Shown: in pieces, positions 48,645-60,052 of the stretch
Position numbering within the stretch: position 1 is the first letter of the stretch
Layout: each line of letters begins with the position of its first letter
From: Myxococcota bacterium
Lineage (GTDB): Bacteria; Myxococcota_A; UBA9160; JAFDDA01
DNA length: 64,000 bases
NCBI GenBank assembly: GCA_965228475.1
Contig: OZ245817.1
Location: 1,600,001 to 1,664,000, forward strand
Direction: 5' to 3'
Translations under genes and position numbers: made by a program
The notes under the pieces: generated by a model
What the model was told of the DNA's origin: nothing
Seen by the model: the letters and a program-made list of their open reading frames with translations, nothing else
Databases searched by the model: none

Positions 48645-48919
48645 TGGCCCGTTCGCTCCGCAAGGGCCCGTTCGTCGAGCCGAGCCTCCAGCGCAAGGTC
48701 GACAAGCTGCAGGAATCCGGTTCGAAGCAGGTCATCCGCACCTGGTCGCGGCGCTCGATGATCGCCCCGGATTTCGTGGGACTCACGTTCCACGTGCACA
48801 ACGGGAAGCTGTTCATTCCCGTCTTCGTGACGGAGAACATGGTCGGTCATCGCCTCGGCGAGTTCTCTCCGACCCGCAAGTTCACCGGCCACGCGACGGA
48901 CAAGAAGGTCAAGGGCTGA
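48644..48919 (+). CDS. rpsS: 30S ribosomal protein S19
   Basis: [10 protein letters not shown]...TWSRRS...[11 protein letters not shown]. Confidence 0.98.
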   Translation: MARSLRKGPFVEPSLQRKVDKLQESGSKQVIRTWSRRSMIAPDFVGLTFHVHNGKLFIPVFVTENMVGHRLGEFSPTRKFTGHATDKKVKG

Positions 48920-49269
48920 TGGCGGCTGCGAAGGCGAGACTCAGGAACTACCGCGTCAGCACGCGCCGCGCGCGCCTGCTGGCCGACCAGATCCGCGGCA
49001 AGCAGGTCGAGGAGGCGCTCGCGCTGCTCGATCTCTCGACGCGCCGGTTCGCCCGGCCGCTCGCGAAGCTCGTGCGTTCGGCCGTGGCCAACGCGCAGGA
49101 GAGCAACGACCGCGACAAGGCCGGCATCGACGTCGACAACCTGGTCGTGAGTCAGATCAGCGTGGACGAGGGCGCCAGCATGTGGCGCATCAAGGCGCGT
49201 GCGCAGGGCCGGGCGGCCTGGATCCAGAAGCGCACGAGCCACGTGCAACTCGAGCTCGAAGAGCGTTAG
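48919..49269 (+). CDS. rplV: 50S ribosomal protein L22
   Basis: LVRSAVANA...RAQGRA...KRTSH, plus synteny. Confidence 0.96.
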   Translation: MAAAKARLRNYRVSTRRARLLADQIRGKQVEEALALLDLSTRRFARPLAKLVRSAVANAQESNDRDKAGIDVDNLVVSQISVDEGASMWRIKARAQGRAAWIQKRTSHVQLELEER

Positions 49270-49278
49270 GGGCGATTC

Positions 49279-49962
<684 letters not shown>

Positions 49963-49965
49963 GCC

Positions 49966-50382
49966 ATGCTCCAACCGAAGAAGGTCAAGCACCGCAAGCA
50001 GCACAAGGGCCGCATCCGTGGAAAGGCGCTCCGTGGCAACACGATCGCCTTCGGCGAATACGGCCTGCAGACGCTCGAGGCGGGGCGCATCACGGCCCGC
50101 CAGATCGAGGCGGCCCGGATCGCGATGACCCGCCACGTGAAGCGCGGCGGGAAGGTCTGGATCCGGCTCTTCCCGGACAAGCCCGTGACGAAGAAGCCCG
50201 CCGAAACCCGGATGGGTAAGGGCAAGGGCAACCCGGAAGAGTGGGTGGCGATCGTTCGCCCCGGCAAGATGCTCTACGAGATGGAGGGTGTGCCGGTGGA
50301 TATCGCGCGCGCGGCCCTGCGCCTGGCGGCCCACAAGCTGCCCGTCGCCACCAAGATCGTGGTGCGCGAGGAGGGCGTATGA
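49966..50382 (+). CDS. rplP: 50S ribosomal protein L16
   Basis: [11 protein letters not shown]...ETRMGKGKG. Confidence 0.98.
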   Translation: MLQPKKVKHRKQHKGRIRGKALRGNTIAFGEYGLQTLEAGRITARQIEAARIAMTRHVKRGGKVWIRLFPDKPVTKKPAETRMGKGKGNPEEWVAIVRPGKMLYEMEGVPVDIARAALRLAAHKLPVATKIVVREEGV

Positions 50383-50579
50383 AGGCGTCGGAGATTCGTG
50401 AGCTTTCCGAGGAGGAACTCGTGGCCAAGGCCGACGAGATCCGCGGTGAGCTCTTCAACCTCAAGGTGAAGCATGCCACCGGGCAGCTCGAAGACACCGC
50501 CCGGCTGGCGCACCTGCGCCGCGACGTGGCGCGGCTCGAGACGGTGGCCCGAGAGCGGCGGGAGGCGACGAAATCATGA
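50379..50579 (+). CDS. rpmC: 50S ribosomal protein L29
   Basis: [10 protein letters not shown]...[10 protein letters not shown]. Confidence 0.95.
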   Translation: MKASEIRELSEEELVAKADEIRGELFNLKVKHATGQLEDTARLAHLRRDVARLETVARERREATKS

Positions 50580-50839
50580 GCGACCGGGGGATGCGCCGGA
50601 CCCTCGTCGGGACGGTGGTCAGCGACAAGATGGACAAGACCGTGGTGGTCCGCGTCGATCGGCTGGTCAAGGACCGGACCTACAAGAAGTACGTCAACCG
50701 CTTCACGCGGTACATGGCGCACGACGAGGCGAATACGTGCGCGGTCGGAGACCGCGTCCAAATCATCGAGCACCGTCCGCTTTCGAAGAAGAAGCGGTGG
50801 AAGGTGCAGTCGACGCTGACCAAGGCCGTCGGCGTCTAG
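50576..50839 (+). CDS. rpsQ: 30S ribosomal protein S17
   Basis: [14 protein letters not shown]...RPLSKKKRW. Confidence 0.97.
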   Translation: MSDRGMRRTLVGTVVSDKMDKTVVVRVDRLVKDRTYKKYVNRFTRYMAHDEANTCAVGDRVQIIEHRPLSKKKRWKVQSTLTKAVGV

Positions 50840-50854
50840 GCGAGGGAACGGGAG

Positions 50855-51223
50855 ATGATCCAAGCAGAGTCGACGCTTCAGGTCGCCGACAACTCCGGTG
50901 CCCGCAAGCTCTCCTGCATCAAGGTGCTGGGTGGCTCGAAGCGCAAGTACGCCTCGATCGGCGACATCGTGGTCGTCTCCGTCAAGGAGGCGATCCCGAA
51001 CGCTCGCGTGAAGAAGGGTGAGGTGCGCAAGGCCGTGGTCGTGCGGACGGCGAAGGGGATCGGTCGCGCCGACGGCTCGATCATCCGCTTCGACGACAAC
51101 GCCGCTGTCCTGATCGACAACCAGCGCGAGCCCGTCGGGACGCGCATCTTCGGCCCCGTCGCTCGCGAGCTCCGTGGGCGCCGCTTCATGAAGATCATTT
51201 CGCTCGCGCCGGAGGTCCTGTGA
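50855..51223 (+). CDS. rplN: 50S ribosomal protein L14
   Basis: VADNSGA...[12 protein letters not shown]...SLAPEVL. Confidence 0.99.
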   Translation: MIQAESTLQVADNSGARKLSCIKVLGGSKRKYASIGDIVVVSVKEAIPNARVKKGEVRKAVVVRTAKGIGRADGSIIRFDDNAAVLIDNQREPVGTRIFGPVARELRGRRFMKIISLAPEVL

Positions 51224-51765
51224 TGGTCCCCCGTCTGCTCGAACGCTACCGCGGCGACACCACCGGCAAGCTCCGCGAGGAGTTCGGCTACGCGAACCCG
51301 CACCAGGTGCCGCGCCTCGACAAGATCGTGGTGAACATGGGTCTCGGTGAGGCCGTCGCCAACCCGAAGATCATCGAGCGCGCCGTCGAGGAGCTGGCCG
51401 AGATCACGGGCCAGAAGCCCGTCGTTCGCCGCGCTCGCAAGTCGATCGCCAACTTCAAGCTCCGCCAGGGGCAGGCGATCGGGGCGTCGGTGACGCTGCG
51501 CGGCGTCCGCATGTGGGAGTTCTACGACCGCCTCGTCAGCACCGCGCTGCCGCGCGTGCGGGACTTCCAGGGCGTCTCCCCGAAGGCCTTCGACGGCCGA
51601 GGCAACTACACCCTCGGGGTTCGTGAGCAGATCATCTTCCCCGAAGTGGACTACGACAAGGTCGAGCGGATCACCGGCCTGAACGTGACGGTGTGCACGA
51701 CGGCCCGGACGGACAACGAGGCGCGGGCGCTGCTCGCCCACCTCGGAATGCCGTTCCGGAACTAG
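51223..51765 (+). CDS. rplE: 50S ribosomal protein L5
   Basis: ITGQKP...LPRVRDFQG...[12 protein letters not shown] overlap with rplN. Confidence 0.98.
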   Translation: MVPRLLERYRGDTTGKLREEFGYANPHQVPRLDKIVVNMGLGEAVANPKIIERAVEELAEITGQKPVVRRARKSIANFKLRQGQAIGASVTLRGVRMWEFYDRLVSTALPRVRDFQGVSPKAFDGRGNYTLGVREQIIFPEVDYDKVERITGLNVTVCTTARTDNEARALLAHLGMPFRN

Positions 51766-51812
51766 GCCGCCGAGATCACCCGCGAGAACGACCTGCGAGA
51801 AGGAACGAAGCC

Positions 51813-52208
51813 ATGATGACCGACCCCATCTCCGACATGCTGACGCGCATCCGCAACGCGCAGCGCGCTCGCCATGCCGAGGTCCGGCTGCCCGCCTCGA
51901 AGCTGAAGCTCGCCGTCGCCCAGGTGCTCCAGGCCCAGGGCTACGTGACCGACGTCGGCCTCGACGAGACCGCGGACAAGCCCACCCTGCGCATGGGCAT
52001 GCGCTACCGCGACGACGGCCGCGAGATGATCGACGGTCTTTCCCGGATCTCGCGCCCGAGCCGCCGCGTGTACGTGGCCGCCGAGGAAGTGCCCAAGGTC
52101 CGCAACGGCCTCGGCATCGCGATCCTGTCCACCTCCCAGGGGGTGATGACCGACCAAGACGCCCGCGAGAAGAACGTGGGCGGCGAAGTGCTCTGCGAGG
52201 TCTGGTAG
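51813..52208 (+). CDS. rpsH: 30S ribosomal protein S8
   Basis: MTDPISDMLTRIRNA...STSQGVMT...GGEVLCEVW. Confidence 0.98.
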   Translation: MMTDPISDMLTRIRNAQRARHAEVRLPASKLKLAVAQVLQAQGYVTDVGLDETADKPTLRMGMRYRDDGREMIDGLSRISRPSRRVYVAAEEVPKVRNGLGIAILSTSQGVMTDQDAREKNVGGEVLCEVW

Positions 52209-52210
52209 CC

Positions 52211-52750
52211 ATGTCCCGCGTAGGAAACGCACCCATCTCCCTGCCGAAGGGAGTCGATCTGGCGCTCACCGAGGGCGAGATGCGCGTGAAGGGCCCGAAG
52301 GGGACGCTCGCGCGCCCGCTGCCGGCCGGGATCGCCCTCGACGTCAGCGACGGAACCGCGACGCTCAAGCGCCCGGACGATTCGAAGACGGCCCGCTCGA
52401 TGCACGGCCTCGCTCGCGCGCTGCTGAACAACATGGTCACGGGCGTGACCGACGGATTCACGAAGGTCCTCGAGATCCAGGGCGTCGGTTACCGCGCTGC
52501 AGCGAGCGGCAAGAACCTGAACCTCGTGCTCGGCTTCTCGCACCCGGTGGACATGCCGATTCCCGAGGGCATCAAGGTCTCCGTCGAAAACAACACCCTC
52601 ATCACCATCGAGGGGATCGACAAGGAGAAGGTCGGACAGTTCGCAGCGGACGTCCGCAAGTGGCGGCCGCCGGAGCCCTACAAGGGCAAGGGCATCCGTT
52701 ATCAGGGTGAGCAGATCCGCCGCAAGGTCGGCAAGGCAGGAGCGGCCTAA
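52211..52750 (+). CDS. rplF: 50S ribosomal protein L6
   Basis: MSRVG...LGFSHP...PEPYKGKGIRY. Confidence 0.98.
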   Translation: MSRVGNAPISLPKGVDLALTEGEMRVKGPKGTLARPLPAGIALDVSDGTATLKRPDDSKTARSMHGLARALLNNMVTGVTDGFTKVLEIQGVGYRAAASGKNLNLVLGFSHPVDMPIPEGIKVSVENNTLITIEGIDKEKVGQFAADVRKWRPPEPYKGKGIRYQGEQIRRKVGKAGAA

Positions 52751-52752
52751 CG

Positions 52753-53124
52753 ATGGCGCGCAAGATCGAAAACGACAAAGTCCGGCGCCGCGTCGCGCGC
52801 AGAACCCGTGTGGCCAAGGGCCTGCGGACGAGCGAGCGGGTGGCATTGACCGTCTACCGCAGCAACAAGCACATCTACGCGCAGCTCGTGGATGCGGCGA
52901 GCGGGAAGACGCTGACCTCCGTTTCGACGCGGACGCAGGCCCTCGCGGGCGAGGCGGCCTCGGCGAGCGGGATCGAAGCCGCGAAGAAGGTGGGCCTGGC
53001 GATCGCCGAGCGCGCCCGCGAGCGGCAGATCGAACGGGTCGTCTTCAACCGGAACGGTTTCCTCTATCACGGGCGCGTGAAGGCCCTCGCAGAGGCCGCT
53101 CGCGAAGCGGGCCTCCAGTTCTGA
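52753..53124 (+). CDS. rplR: 50S ribosomal protein L18
   Basis: RSNKHIYAQ...[19 protein letters not shown]. Confidence 0.97.
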   Translation: MARKIENDKVRRRVARRTRVAKGLRTSERVALTVYRSNKHIYAQLVDAASGKTLTSVSTRTQALAGEAASASGIEAAKKVGLAIAERARERQIERVVFNRNGFLYHGRVKALAEAAREAGLQF

Positions 53125-53134
53125 GGACTTTTCA

Positions 53135-53632
53135 ATGGCATTCGCTGCTGTGACACAGATCAATCCCAACGACCTCGACCTCAAGGATCGCGTGGTCCAC
53201 ATCAACCGCGTCGCGAAGGTGGTGAAGGGCGGTCGCCGCTTCTCCTTCAGCGCGCTGGTGGTGGTCGGCGACGGCGCCGGCATCGTGGGCGTCGGCCTCG
53301 GGAAGGCCGGCGAGGTCCCGGAGGCGATCCGCAAGGGCGTCGAGCGGGCGCGCAAGACCCTGCTCGAGGTCCCGCTCGTCGAGGGGACGCTCCCGCACGA
53401 GATCATCGGCCGCTACGGCGCGGGTGCCGTCCTGCTCCGCCCGGCCTCGCCCGGTACCGGCGTGATCGCCGGCGGCGGCGTGCGTGCGGTGCTCGAGTCG
53501 GCCGGCGTTCGCGACGTGCTGACCAAGACCCTCGGAACGAACAACCCGCACAACGTGGTGAACGCCACGATGCAGGGGCTCCGCGAGCTGCGCGACCCGG
53601 AAGTGCGGCGACGGGAGCTGCTCGGAGCATGA
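53135..53632 (+). CDS. rpsE: 30S ribosomal protein S5
   Basis: [16 protein letters not shown]...GTGVIAGG. Confidence 0.98.
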   Translation: MAFAAVTQINPNDLDLKDRVVHINRVAKVVKGGRRFSFSALVVVGDGAGIVGVGLGKAGEVPEAIRKGVERARKTLLEVPLVEGTLPHEIIGRYGAGAVLLRPASPGTGVIAGGGVRAVLESAGVRDVLTKTLGTNNPHNVVNATMQGLRELRDPEVRRRELLGA

Positions 53633-53808
53633 GCCAGAAGATCTCGGTGAAGCTCGTGAAGAGCCCGATCGGATACGACCGGCGGCAGCGGGCGACGCTG
53701 CGCGGGCTCGGCCTGCGCCGCCTGCAGCAGACCGTCGAAGTGAACGACGAGCCCGCGATCCGCGGGATGATCGACAAGGTGAAGCACCTCGTCGTGGTGG
53801 AGGGCTAG
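53629..53808 (+). CDS. rpmD: 50S ribosomal protein L30 (not in the ORF track)
   Basis: Translated by hand: [31 protein letters not shown]...[15 protein letters not shown]. Confidence 0.96.
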   Translation: MSQKISVKLVKSPIGYDRRQRATLRGLGLRRLQQTVEVNDEPAIRGMIDKVKHLVVVEG

Positions 53809-53810
53809 TC

Positions 53811-54272
53811 ATGCTCGACCGATTGCAGCCGCGTCCCGGCGCCCGCAAGAAGCCGATCCGCGTCGGACGTGGCCATGCCTCGGGCAAGGGCAAGACCTGT
53901 GGCCGCGGCGTGAAGGGCCAGGGCCACCGCTCGGCCGGTCGCGAGGTGAAGATCTTCTTCGAAGGCGGGCAGATGCCGATGACCCGCCGCCTGCCGAAGC
54001 GCGGCTTCTGGCACGAGAAGAAGCCCGTCGAGGTGGTGAACCTCGCCGCGCTCGCCGCCCTGGGCGACGGCGCGACGGTGGACCGCGCGACGCTCGCCGC
54101 CAAGGGCCTCATCCGCGGCGCTGCGCCCACGGTGAAGCTCCTCGGTGAGGGCGAGGCCCCGAAGAACCTGACGGTGAAGCTCCAGGCCGTCAGCGCGGGT
54201 GCGAAGGAAAAGGTCGAAGCGGCCGGTGGCAGCGTCGAGATCGTCGCCGCCGAGGAGAAGAAGCAGTCGTGA
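53811..54272 (+). CDS. rplO: 50S ribosomal protein L15
   Basis: RVGRGHASGKGKTCGRG...FEGGQMP.TRRLPKRGF. Confidence 0.97.
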   Translation: MLDRLQPRPGARKKPIRVGRGHASGKGKTCGRGVKGQGHRSAGREVKIFFEGGQMPMTRRLPKRGFWHEKKPVEVVNLAALAALGDGATVDRATLAAKGLIRGAAPTVKLLGEGEAPKNLTVKLQAVSAGAKEKVEAAGGSVEIVAAEEKKQS

Positions 54273-55579
54273 CCGGTGGCGTGCAGAACATCGGGCGGAT
54301 CCCGGAGCTCCAGAAGCGGATCCTCTTCACGTTCGGGATGCTGATCGTGTACCGGATCGGTGCGCACATCGTCACGCCCGGAGTGAACCCCGACGTCATC
54401 CGCGCCTTCTTCGAGCAGATGAGCGGCAGCATCTTCGGGATCTTCAACCTGTTTTCGGGTGGCGCGATGGAGCAGCTCTCCATCTTCGCGCTGGGCATCA
54501 TGCCCTACATCTCGGCGTCGATCATCTTCCAGCTGCTGACCGCGGCCGTCCCGGCCCTCGAACGCCTGAAGCAGGAAGGCGAGCAGGGCCGCAAGAAGAT
54601 CACCCAGTACACGCGCTACGCGACGATCGTGCTGGCCCTGTTCCAGAGCATCCTGATCGCGACCGCTCTCGAGGGTGGGCAGTTCGGCGCCGGCGCCGTC
54701 TCGGAGCCCGGCTGGGGCTTCCGGCTGCTGTGCATGATCACGCTCACCACGGGCACGGCCTTCATCATGTGGCTCGGCGAGCAGGTCACCGAGCGTGGCA
54801 TCGGCAACGGCATCTCGCTCGTGATCTTCGCCGGCATCATCGTCGCCATCCCGGGTGCGATCGGGCAGCTCGGCGAGCTCGTCCGGACGGACCAGTTCAC
54901 GCTGCTCCGGGCGCTCTTCCTGATCGCCTTCATGATCGTAGTGACGGGCTTCGTGGTCTTCTTCGAGCGCGGCCAGCGGCGGATCCCGATCCAGCACGCG
55001 CGCCGGGTCGTCGGCAAGAAGGTGACCCAGGGGGGGATGAGCTACTTCCCGCTGCGCGTGAACACCGCCGGGGTGATTCCGCCCATCTTCGCCTCGTCGA
55101 TCCTGATGCTCCCGCTGACGGTCACGAGCTACGTCGAGTCCCCCCAGATCCAGGCCTTCGTCGACGAGTGGCTCTACTTCGGCGGCTTCACGTACAACCT
55201 CGTCTACGTCGCCCTGATCATCTTCTTCGCGTACTTCTACACGGCGATCATGATCGATCCGAACGACGTGGCCGACAACATCAAGAAGTTCGGCGGCTAC
55301 ATCCCCGGGATCCGGCCCGGCAAGAAGACGGCCGAGTACATCAACAAGGTGCTCACGCGTCTGACGCTCGCCGGGGGGATCTACGTCTCCGCCGTGTGCG
55401 TGTTGCCGGTGATTCTCGCGACCTGGGCGAACGTGACGTTCTTCTTCGGCGGCACGGCGCTATTGATCGTCGTGGGCGTGGCCCTCGACACGATCGGGCA
55501 GGTCGAATCGCACCTGGTGTCCCGCCAGTACGAAGGGTTCACCTCGGGCACGCGGCAGCGCGGGAGGCTCGGCCGATGA
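54269..55579 (+). CDS. secY: Preprotein translocase SecY
   Basis: SIFALGIMPYISASII, WLGEQVTERGIGNG and IPGIRPG motifs. Confidence 0.99.
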   Translation: MTGGVQNIGRIPELQKRILFTFGMLIVYRIGAHIVTPGVNPDVIRAFFEQMSGSIFGIFNLFSGGAMEQLSIFALGIMPYISASIIFQLLTAAVPALERLKQEGEQGRKKITQYTRYATIVLALFQSILIATALEGGQFGAGAVSEPGWGFRLLCMITLTTGTAFIMWLGEQVTERGIGNGISLVIFAGIIVAIPGAIGQLGELVRTDQFTLLRALFLIAFMIVVTGFVVFFERGQRRIPIQHARRVVGKKVTQGGMSYFPLRVNTAGVIPPIFASSILMLPLTVTSYVESPQIQAFVDEWLYFGGFTYNLVYVALIIFFAYFYTAIMIDPNDVADNIKKFGGYIPGIRPGKKTAEYINKVLTRLTLAGGIYVSAVCVLPVILATWANVTFFFGGTALLIVVGVALDTIGQVESHLVSRQYEGFTSGTRQRGRLGR

Positions 55580-56148
55580 GCGCGCGACGTCTCCTGCTGC
55601 TCGGCCCGCCCGGAGCCGGAAAGGGCACCCAGGCCCAGTTCCTGATCGAGCGGCTCTCCATTCCCCAGATCTCGACGGGCGACATGCTGCGCGCGGCGGT
55701 CGCCGCCGGTTCGCCGGTGGGGGAGCAGGCCAAGGGCTTCATGGACCGCGGCGAGCTCGTGCCGGACGAGGTCGTGATCGGCGTGGCCCGCGAGCGCCTC
55801 GAACAGGACGACTGCCAGACCGGCTTCATCCTCGACGGCTTCCCCCGCACGGCGGCCCAGGCCGAGGCCCTCGACCGCATGCTCCAGGAGCTCGGCGTCG
55901 AGCTCGAGCGCTGCGTGGCCATCACCGTCGACGTCGACGAGCTGGTCCAGCGGCTCCTGGCCCGCGCCGAGAAGGAAGGCCGCGCCGACGACAACGAAGA
56001 GACGATCCGCACGCGGATGTCGGTCTACGAGAACCAGACCCGGCCGCTGCTCGACTACTACGAAGCGAAGGGAATCCTCGCGAAGGTCGATGGGCAGGGC
56101 TCGATCGAGGAGATCGCCGAGCGCGTCTCCGAGGCGGTGGCCGGATAG
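55576..56148 (+). CDS. adk: Adenylate kinase (short-LID type)
   Basis: GPPGAGKGTQ, ISTGDMLR, LDGFPRT and GRADDN motifs. Confidence 0.97.
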   Translation: MSARRLLLLGPPGAGKGTQAQFLIERLSIPQISTGDMLRAAVAAGSPVGEQAKGFMDRGELVPDEVVIGVARERLEQDDCQTGFILDGFPRTAAQAEALDRMLQELGVELERCVAITVDVDELVQRLLARAEKEGRADDNEETIRTRMSVYENQTRPLLDYYEAKGILAKVDGQGSIEEIAERVSEAVAG

Positions 56149-56150
56149 CG

Positions 56151-56939
56151 ATGGCGTACGGAAACCGCATCACGATCAAGACCCGCTCCGAGCTCGAGAA
56201 GATGCGCGAAGCGGGGCGCCACGTGGGCGAGATCCTGCTCGAGGTCCGCGAGCGGGCCCGTTCCGGCATGACCACCGGGGAGCTCAACGACCTGGCGAAG
56301 CGCTGCATCGAGCGGCGCGGCGTGGTGTCGTCCTTCCTCGACTACGCCCCGGGCGGCGCGCCGCCGTACCCGGCCGTGATCTGCATCTCCGCGAACGAGG
56401 AGATCGTCCACGGCATCCCGGGGCCGCGGGAGCTGAAGGACGGCGACCTGTTGAGCCTCGACTTCGGCATCCACGTCGACGGATTCCATGGCGACTCGGC
56501 CGTGACGATCCCGATCGGCGACATCGGCCCGGAGAGCGAGCGCCTCATCGAGGCCACGCGGGACGCCCTCTACAAGGGCATCGCGCAGATGGTCCCGGGC
56601 AACCGCCTCTCCGACATCGGCCACGCCATCCAGGAGCGTGCGGAGTCCGAGGGCTTCGGCGTGGTGCGCCAGTTCGTGGGGCACGGCATCGGCCGCCTTC
56701 TGCACGAGCCGCCGCAGATTCCGAACTACGGCAACCCGGGCAAGGGCCCGCGGCTGCGAACGGGCATGGTCTTCGCGATCGAGCCCATGGTTTGCATGGG
56801 GAGCTACGATGTCCGCATGCTCGACGACGAGTGGACCGCGGTCACCGCGGATGGCTCGCTGTCGGCCCATTTCGAACACACCATCCTGATCACCGATGAC
56901 GGCCCGGAGGTCCTGACCGCCGTGCCGGGATCGCACTGA
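56151..56939 (+). CDS. map: Type I methionine aminopeptidase
   Basis: [23 protein letters not shown] and SAHFEHT motifs. Confidence 0.97.
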   Translation: MAYGNRITIKTRSELEKMREAGRHVGEILLEVRERARSGMTTGELNDLAKRCIERRGVVSSFLDYAPGGAPPYPAVICISANEEIVHGIPGPRELKDGDLLSLDFGIHVDGFHGDSAVTIPIGDIGPESERLIEATRDALYKGIAQMVPGNRLSDIGHAIQERAESEGFGVVRQFVGHGIGRLLHEPPQIPNYGNPGKGPRLRTGMVFAIEPMVCMGSYDVRMLDDEWTAVTADGSLSAHFEHTILITDDGPEVLTAVPGSH

Positions 56940-56956
56940 TCGGGAAGGGGAGAGAC

Positions 56957-57070
56957 ATGAAGGTCAGAGCCTCGGTGCGCAAGATGTGTGACAAGTGCCG
57001 GATCATCAAACGCCGCGGAGTCGTGCGCGTGATCTGCGACAACCCCAAGCACAAGCAGCGCCAGGGTTAG
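56957..57070 (+). CDS. rpmJ: 50S ribosomal protein L36 (Zn-ribbon form; not in the ORF track)
   Basis: [37 protein letters not shown]. Confidence 0.97.
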   Translation: MKVRASVRKMCDKCRIIKRRGVVRVICDNPKHKQRQG

Positions 57071-57079
57071 GAGGAACGG

Positions 57080-57460
57080 ATGGCACGCATCGCCGGAATC
57101 GACTTGCCGCGTCAGAAGCGGATCGTGATCGCCCTGACGTACATCTACGGCGTCGGGAACACGTCCGCCGCGAAGATCTGCGCGAGCTCCGGAGTGGATC
57201 CGGATACGAAGACCGAGCAGCTCTCCGAGGGCGACGTCATTCAGCTCCGCGAAGTCATCGAGCGTGACTTCAAGGTCGAGGGTGATCTGCGGCGCGAAGT
57301 CAGCCAGCAGATCAAGACCCTGATGGATCTGGGCTGCTACCGGGGGCTCCGCCACCGGCGCGGTCTGCCGGTGCGCGGCCAGCGCACCCACACGAACGCC
57401 CGCACCCGGAAGGGTCCGCGCAAGACGGTCGCCGGGAAGAAGCCGGCCGGGAAGAAGTAG
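57080..57460 (+). CDS. rpsM: 30S ribosomal protein S13
   Basis: MARIAG...[18 protein letters not shown]. Confidence 0.98.
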   Translation: MARIAGIDLPRQKRIVIALTYIYGVGNTSAAKICASSGVDPDTKTEQLSEGDVIQLREVIERDFKVEGDLRREVSQQIKTLMDLGCYRGLRHRRGLPVRGQRTHTNARTRKGPRKTVAGKKPAGKK

Positions 57461-57466
57461 ACAAGC

Positions 57467-57850
57467 ATGGTCAAGAAGACGGGCAAGAAGAAGGTCAAGA
57501 AGAACGTCCAGAACGGGATGGCGCACATCCAGTCGACGTTCAACAACACGATCATCACGATCACGGACGTGGCCGGCAACGCGCTTTGCTGGGCGACGGC
57601 GGGGCAGCAGGGCTTCAAGGGCTCGCGCAAGTCGACGCCGTTCGCCGCGCAGGTGGCCGCCGAGCAGTGTGCGAAGAAGGCCGTCGACCACGGCATCCGC
57701 TCGCTGGGCGTCTACGTCAAGGGCCCGGGTGCCGGGCGCGAGACGGCGCTGCGCGCGCTCCAGGCCGCGGGCATCCGCATCACGCTCATCCAGGACGTTA
57801 CTCCGATCCCGCACAACGGCTGCCGCCCGCCCAAGCGGCGCCGGGTGTAG
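57467..57850 (+). CDS. rpsK: 30S ribosomal protein S11
   Basis: STFNNT...[18 protein letters not shown]. Confidence 0.98.
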   Translation: MVKKTGKKKVKKNVQNGMAHIQSTFNNTIITITDVAGNALCWATAGQQGFKGSRKSTPFAAQVAAEQCAKKAVDHGIRSLGVYVKGPGAGRETALRALQAAGIRITLIQDVTPIPHNGCRPPKRRRV

Positions 57851-57865
57851 GGAGGAAGGTTTCCA

Positions 57866-58492
57866 ATGGCTCGATACGTCGGTTCCGTTTGTCGTCTCTG
57901 CCGCCGGGAAGGCACCAAGCTCTTCCTCAAGGGCGATCGCTGCTTCAGTGAGAAGTGCGCGGTCGATCGGCGCAACTATCCCCCGGGCCAGCATGGCCAG
58001 GGGCGCCCGCGGTTCTCGGACTACGGGGTGCAGCTGCGTGAGAAGCAGAAGGTGAAGCGCATGTACGGCCTGCTGGAGCACCAGTTCCGCCGCACGATGA
58101 AGGAAGCCAGCCGCATGAAGGGGCTGGCGGGTGAGAACCTGCTCTCGCTCCTCGAGCGGCGGCTCGACAACGTCGTGTTCCGGCTTGGCTTCGCGACGTC
58201 CCGCTCGGAAGCGCGCCAGCTCGTGAAGCACGGTCACTTCAACGTCAACGGACGCCGCGCGACGATTCCGTCGATGCGCATGCGCCCGGGGACGAAGGTC
58301 GAGGTGCGGCAGAAGTCTCGCGAGGTCACGCGGATCGCGGGGGCTCTCGAAGCGCTCGAGGAGCGCAGCCTCCCGCAGTGGCTCGAGATCGACAAGGCCA
58401 GCTTCGAGGGCACCGTCAAGGCGCTCCCGACGCGCGAGGACATCACCCTGCCGATCGAAGAGCAGCTGATCGTCGAGCTGTACTCGCGCTAG
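57866..58492 (+). CDS. rpsD: 30S ribosomal protein S4 (Zn-finger form)
   Basis: [17 protein letters not shown]...[10 protein letters not shown] and IVELYSR. Confidence 0.98.
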   Translation: MARYVGSVCRLCRREGTKLFLKGDRCFSEKCAVDRRNYPPGQHGQGRPRFSDYGVQLREKQKVKRMYGLLEHQFRRTMKEASRMKGLAGENLLSLLERRLDNVVFRLGFATSRSEARQLVKHGHFNVNGRRATIPSMRMRPGTKVEVRQKSREVTRIAGALEALEERSLPQWLEIDKASFEGTVKALPTREDITLPIEEQLIVELYSR

Positions 58493-58568
58493 CGGCGCCC
58501 GGAACCCGCGCCCGGGCGACCGGCGCGCGCAAGAAACATCCACTTCGGAGCACAAGGGGGCTCGAGGC

Positions 58569-59603
58569 ATGGAAGACATGAACCAGGAACTGATGGCTGC
58601 AAACTGGCGGACGCTGATCCGGCCGCGCCGGCTCGAGGTCGAAGAACCGAGCCAGACGGGTGCCTACGGGCGATTCGCCTGTGAGCCGCTCGAGCGCGGC
58701 TTCGGCATCACGCTCGGGAACGCGCTGCGCCGCGTGCTGCTCTCCTCGCTCCAGGGCGCGGCGATCACCTCGGTGCGCATCGAGGGCGTGCTCCACGAGT
58801 TCTCGACCATCCCGGGCGTCCACGAGGACGTGGCGGACGTGATCCTGAACCTGAAGGAGGTCCGGCTGAGCCTGAACTCCCTCGAGTCGAAGGTGCTGCG
58901 CATCCGCAAGAGCGGACCCGGGACGATCGTCGCCGGCGACCTCGCCGCGGATGATTCCTCCGTCGAGGTGAAGAACCCCGACCTCAAGATCGCGACGCTC
59001 GCCGACGATTCCGACGTCGAGATCGAGATCACCGTGGCCAACGGCAAGGGCTACGTGCTCGCCGAGAACAACAAGACCGAGGAGATGCCGATCGGGACCA
59101 TTCCGATCGACTCGATCTTCTCGCCGGTCCACCGTGTCAACTACACGGTGAACCCGGCCCGCGTCGGCCGGGAGACGGACTTCGACCGCCTGACGCTCGA
59201 CGTCTGGACCGACGGCACGCTGAACCCGGCGGACGCCGTGGCCTACGCCGCGAAGATCCTGAAGGATCAGCTCACCATCTTCATCAACTTCGAAGAGCCC
59301 GAAGAGGTGTCGCTGCCCGCCGCCGACGAGCCCGAGCCGCTCAACCCGAACCTGTTCCGCTCGGTCGACGAGCTGGAGCTCTCGGTGCGGTCGGCCAACT
59401 GTCTGCAGAACGCCAACATCCGCTACATCGGTGAGCTCGTGCAGCGCACCGAGGCGGAGATGCTCAAGACGAAGAACTTCGGCCGGAAGTCGCTCAACGA
59501 GATCAAGGAGGTCCTCGCCTCCATGGAGCTCGCTCTCGGCACGAAGCTCGACGGCTTCCCGCAGCGCACCGACATCGAGAAGATGCGGGAGCGCGAGGTC
59601 TAG
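58569..59603 (+). CDS. rpoA: RNA polymerase alpha subunit
   Basis: [17 protein letters not shown]...LSVRSANCL...[10 protein letters not shown]. Confidence 0.99.
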   Translation: MEDMNQELMAANWRTLIRPRRLEVEEPSQTGAYGRFACEPLERGFGITLGNALRRVLLSSLQGAAITSVRIEGVLHEFSTIPGVHEDVADVILNLKEVRLSLNSLESKVLRIRKSGPGTIVAGDLAADDSSVEVKNPDLKIATLADDSDVEIEITVANGKGYVLAENNKTEEMPIGTIPIDSIFSPVHRVNYTVNPARVGRETDFDRLTLDVWTDGTLNPADAVAYAAKILKDQLTIFINFEEPEEVSLPAADEPEPLNPNLFRSVDELELSVRSANCLQNANIRYIGELVQRTEAEMLKTKNFGRKSLNEIKEVLASMELALGTKLDGFPQRTDIEKMREREV

Positions 59604-59607
59604 ACCG

Positions 59608-60051
59608 ATGCGACATGCCAAGCGCGGGGGCAAGCTCAACCGGACGAGCGCCCACCGAAAAGCCATGCTCCGGAATCTGGTGACGTCGCTGTTCGAGCAC
59701 GAACGCGTCGAAACCACCGACGCCAAGGCCAAGGAGCTGCGCCGGATCGCGGACCGGATGATCACCCTCGGCAAGCGCGGGGATCTTCATGCGCGGCGCC
59801 AGGCCCTGTCCGTGATCCACGGCAAGGACGTGACGGCCAAGGTCTTCGGGGAGCTCGCGGAACGCTTCCGCGAGCGGCCGGGCGGCTACACCCGCGTGTT
59901 GAAGACGCGCGTGCGGCCGGGCGACGCGGCCTCGATGTCGATCGTCGAACTCGTCGAGGGCATGGCGAAGCCGGAGCCCACCGAGAAGGCGAGCAAGAAG
60001 AAGGCGTCGAAGAAGAAGGCCAGCAAGAAGGCCGCCGCCAAGGACGAGTAG
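59608..60051 (+). CDS. rplQ: 50S ribosomal protein L17 with Lys/Ala/Ser-rich tail
   Basis: [17 protein letters not shown]...RPGGYTR. Confidence 0.97.
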   Translation: MRHAKRGGKLNRTSAHRKAMLRNLVTSLFEHERVETTDAKAKELRRIADRMITLGKRGDLHARRQALSVIHGKDVTAKVFGELAERFRERPGGYTRVLKTRVRPGDAASMSIVELVEGMAKPEPTEKASKKKASKKKASKKAAAKDE

Positions 60052-60052
60052 C

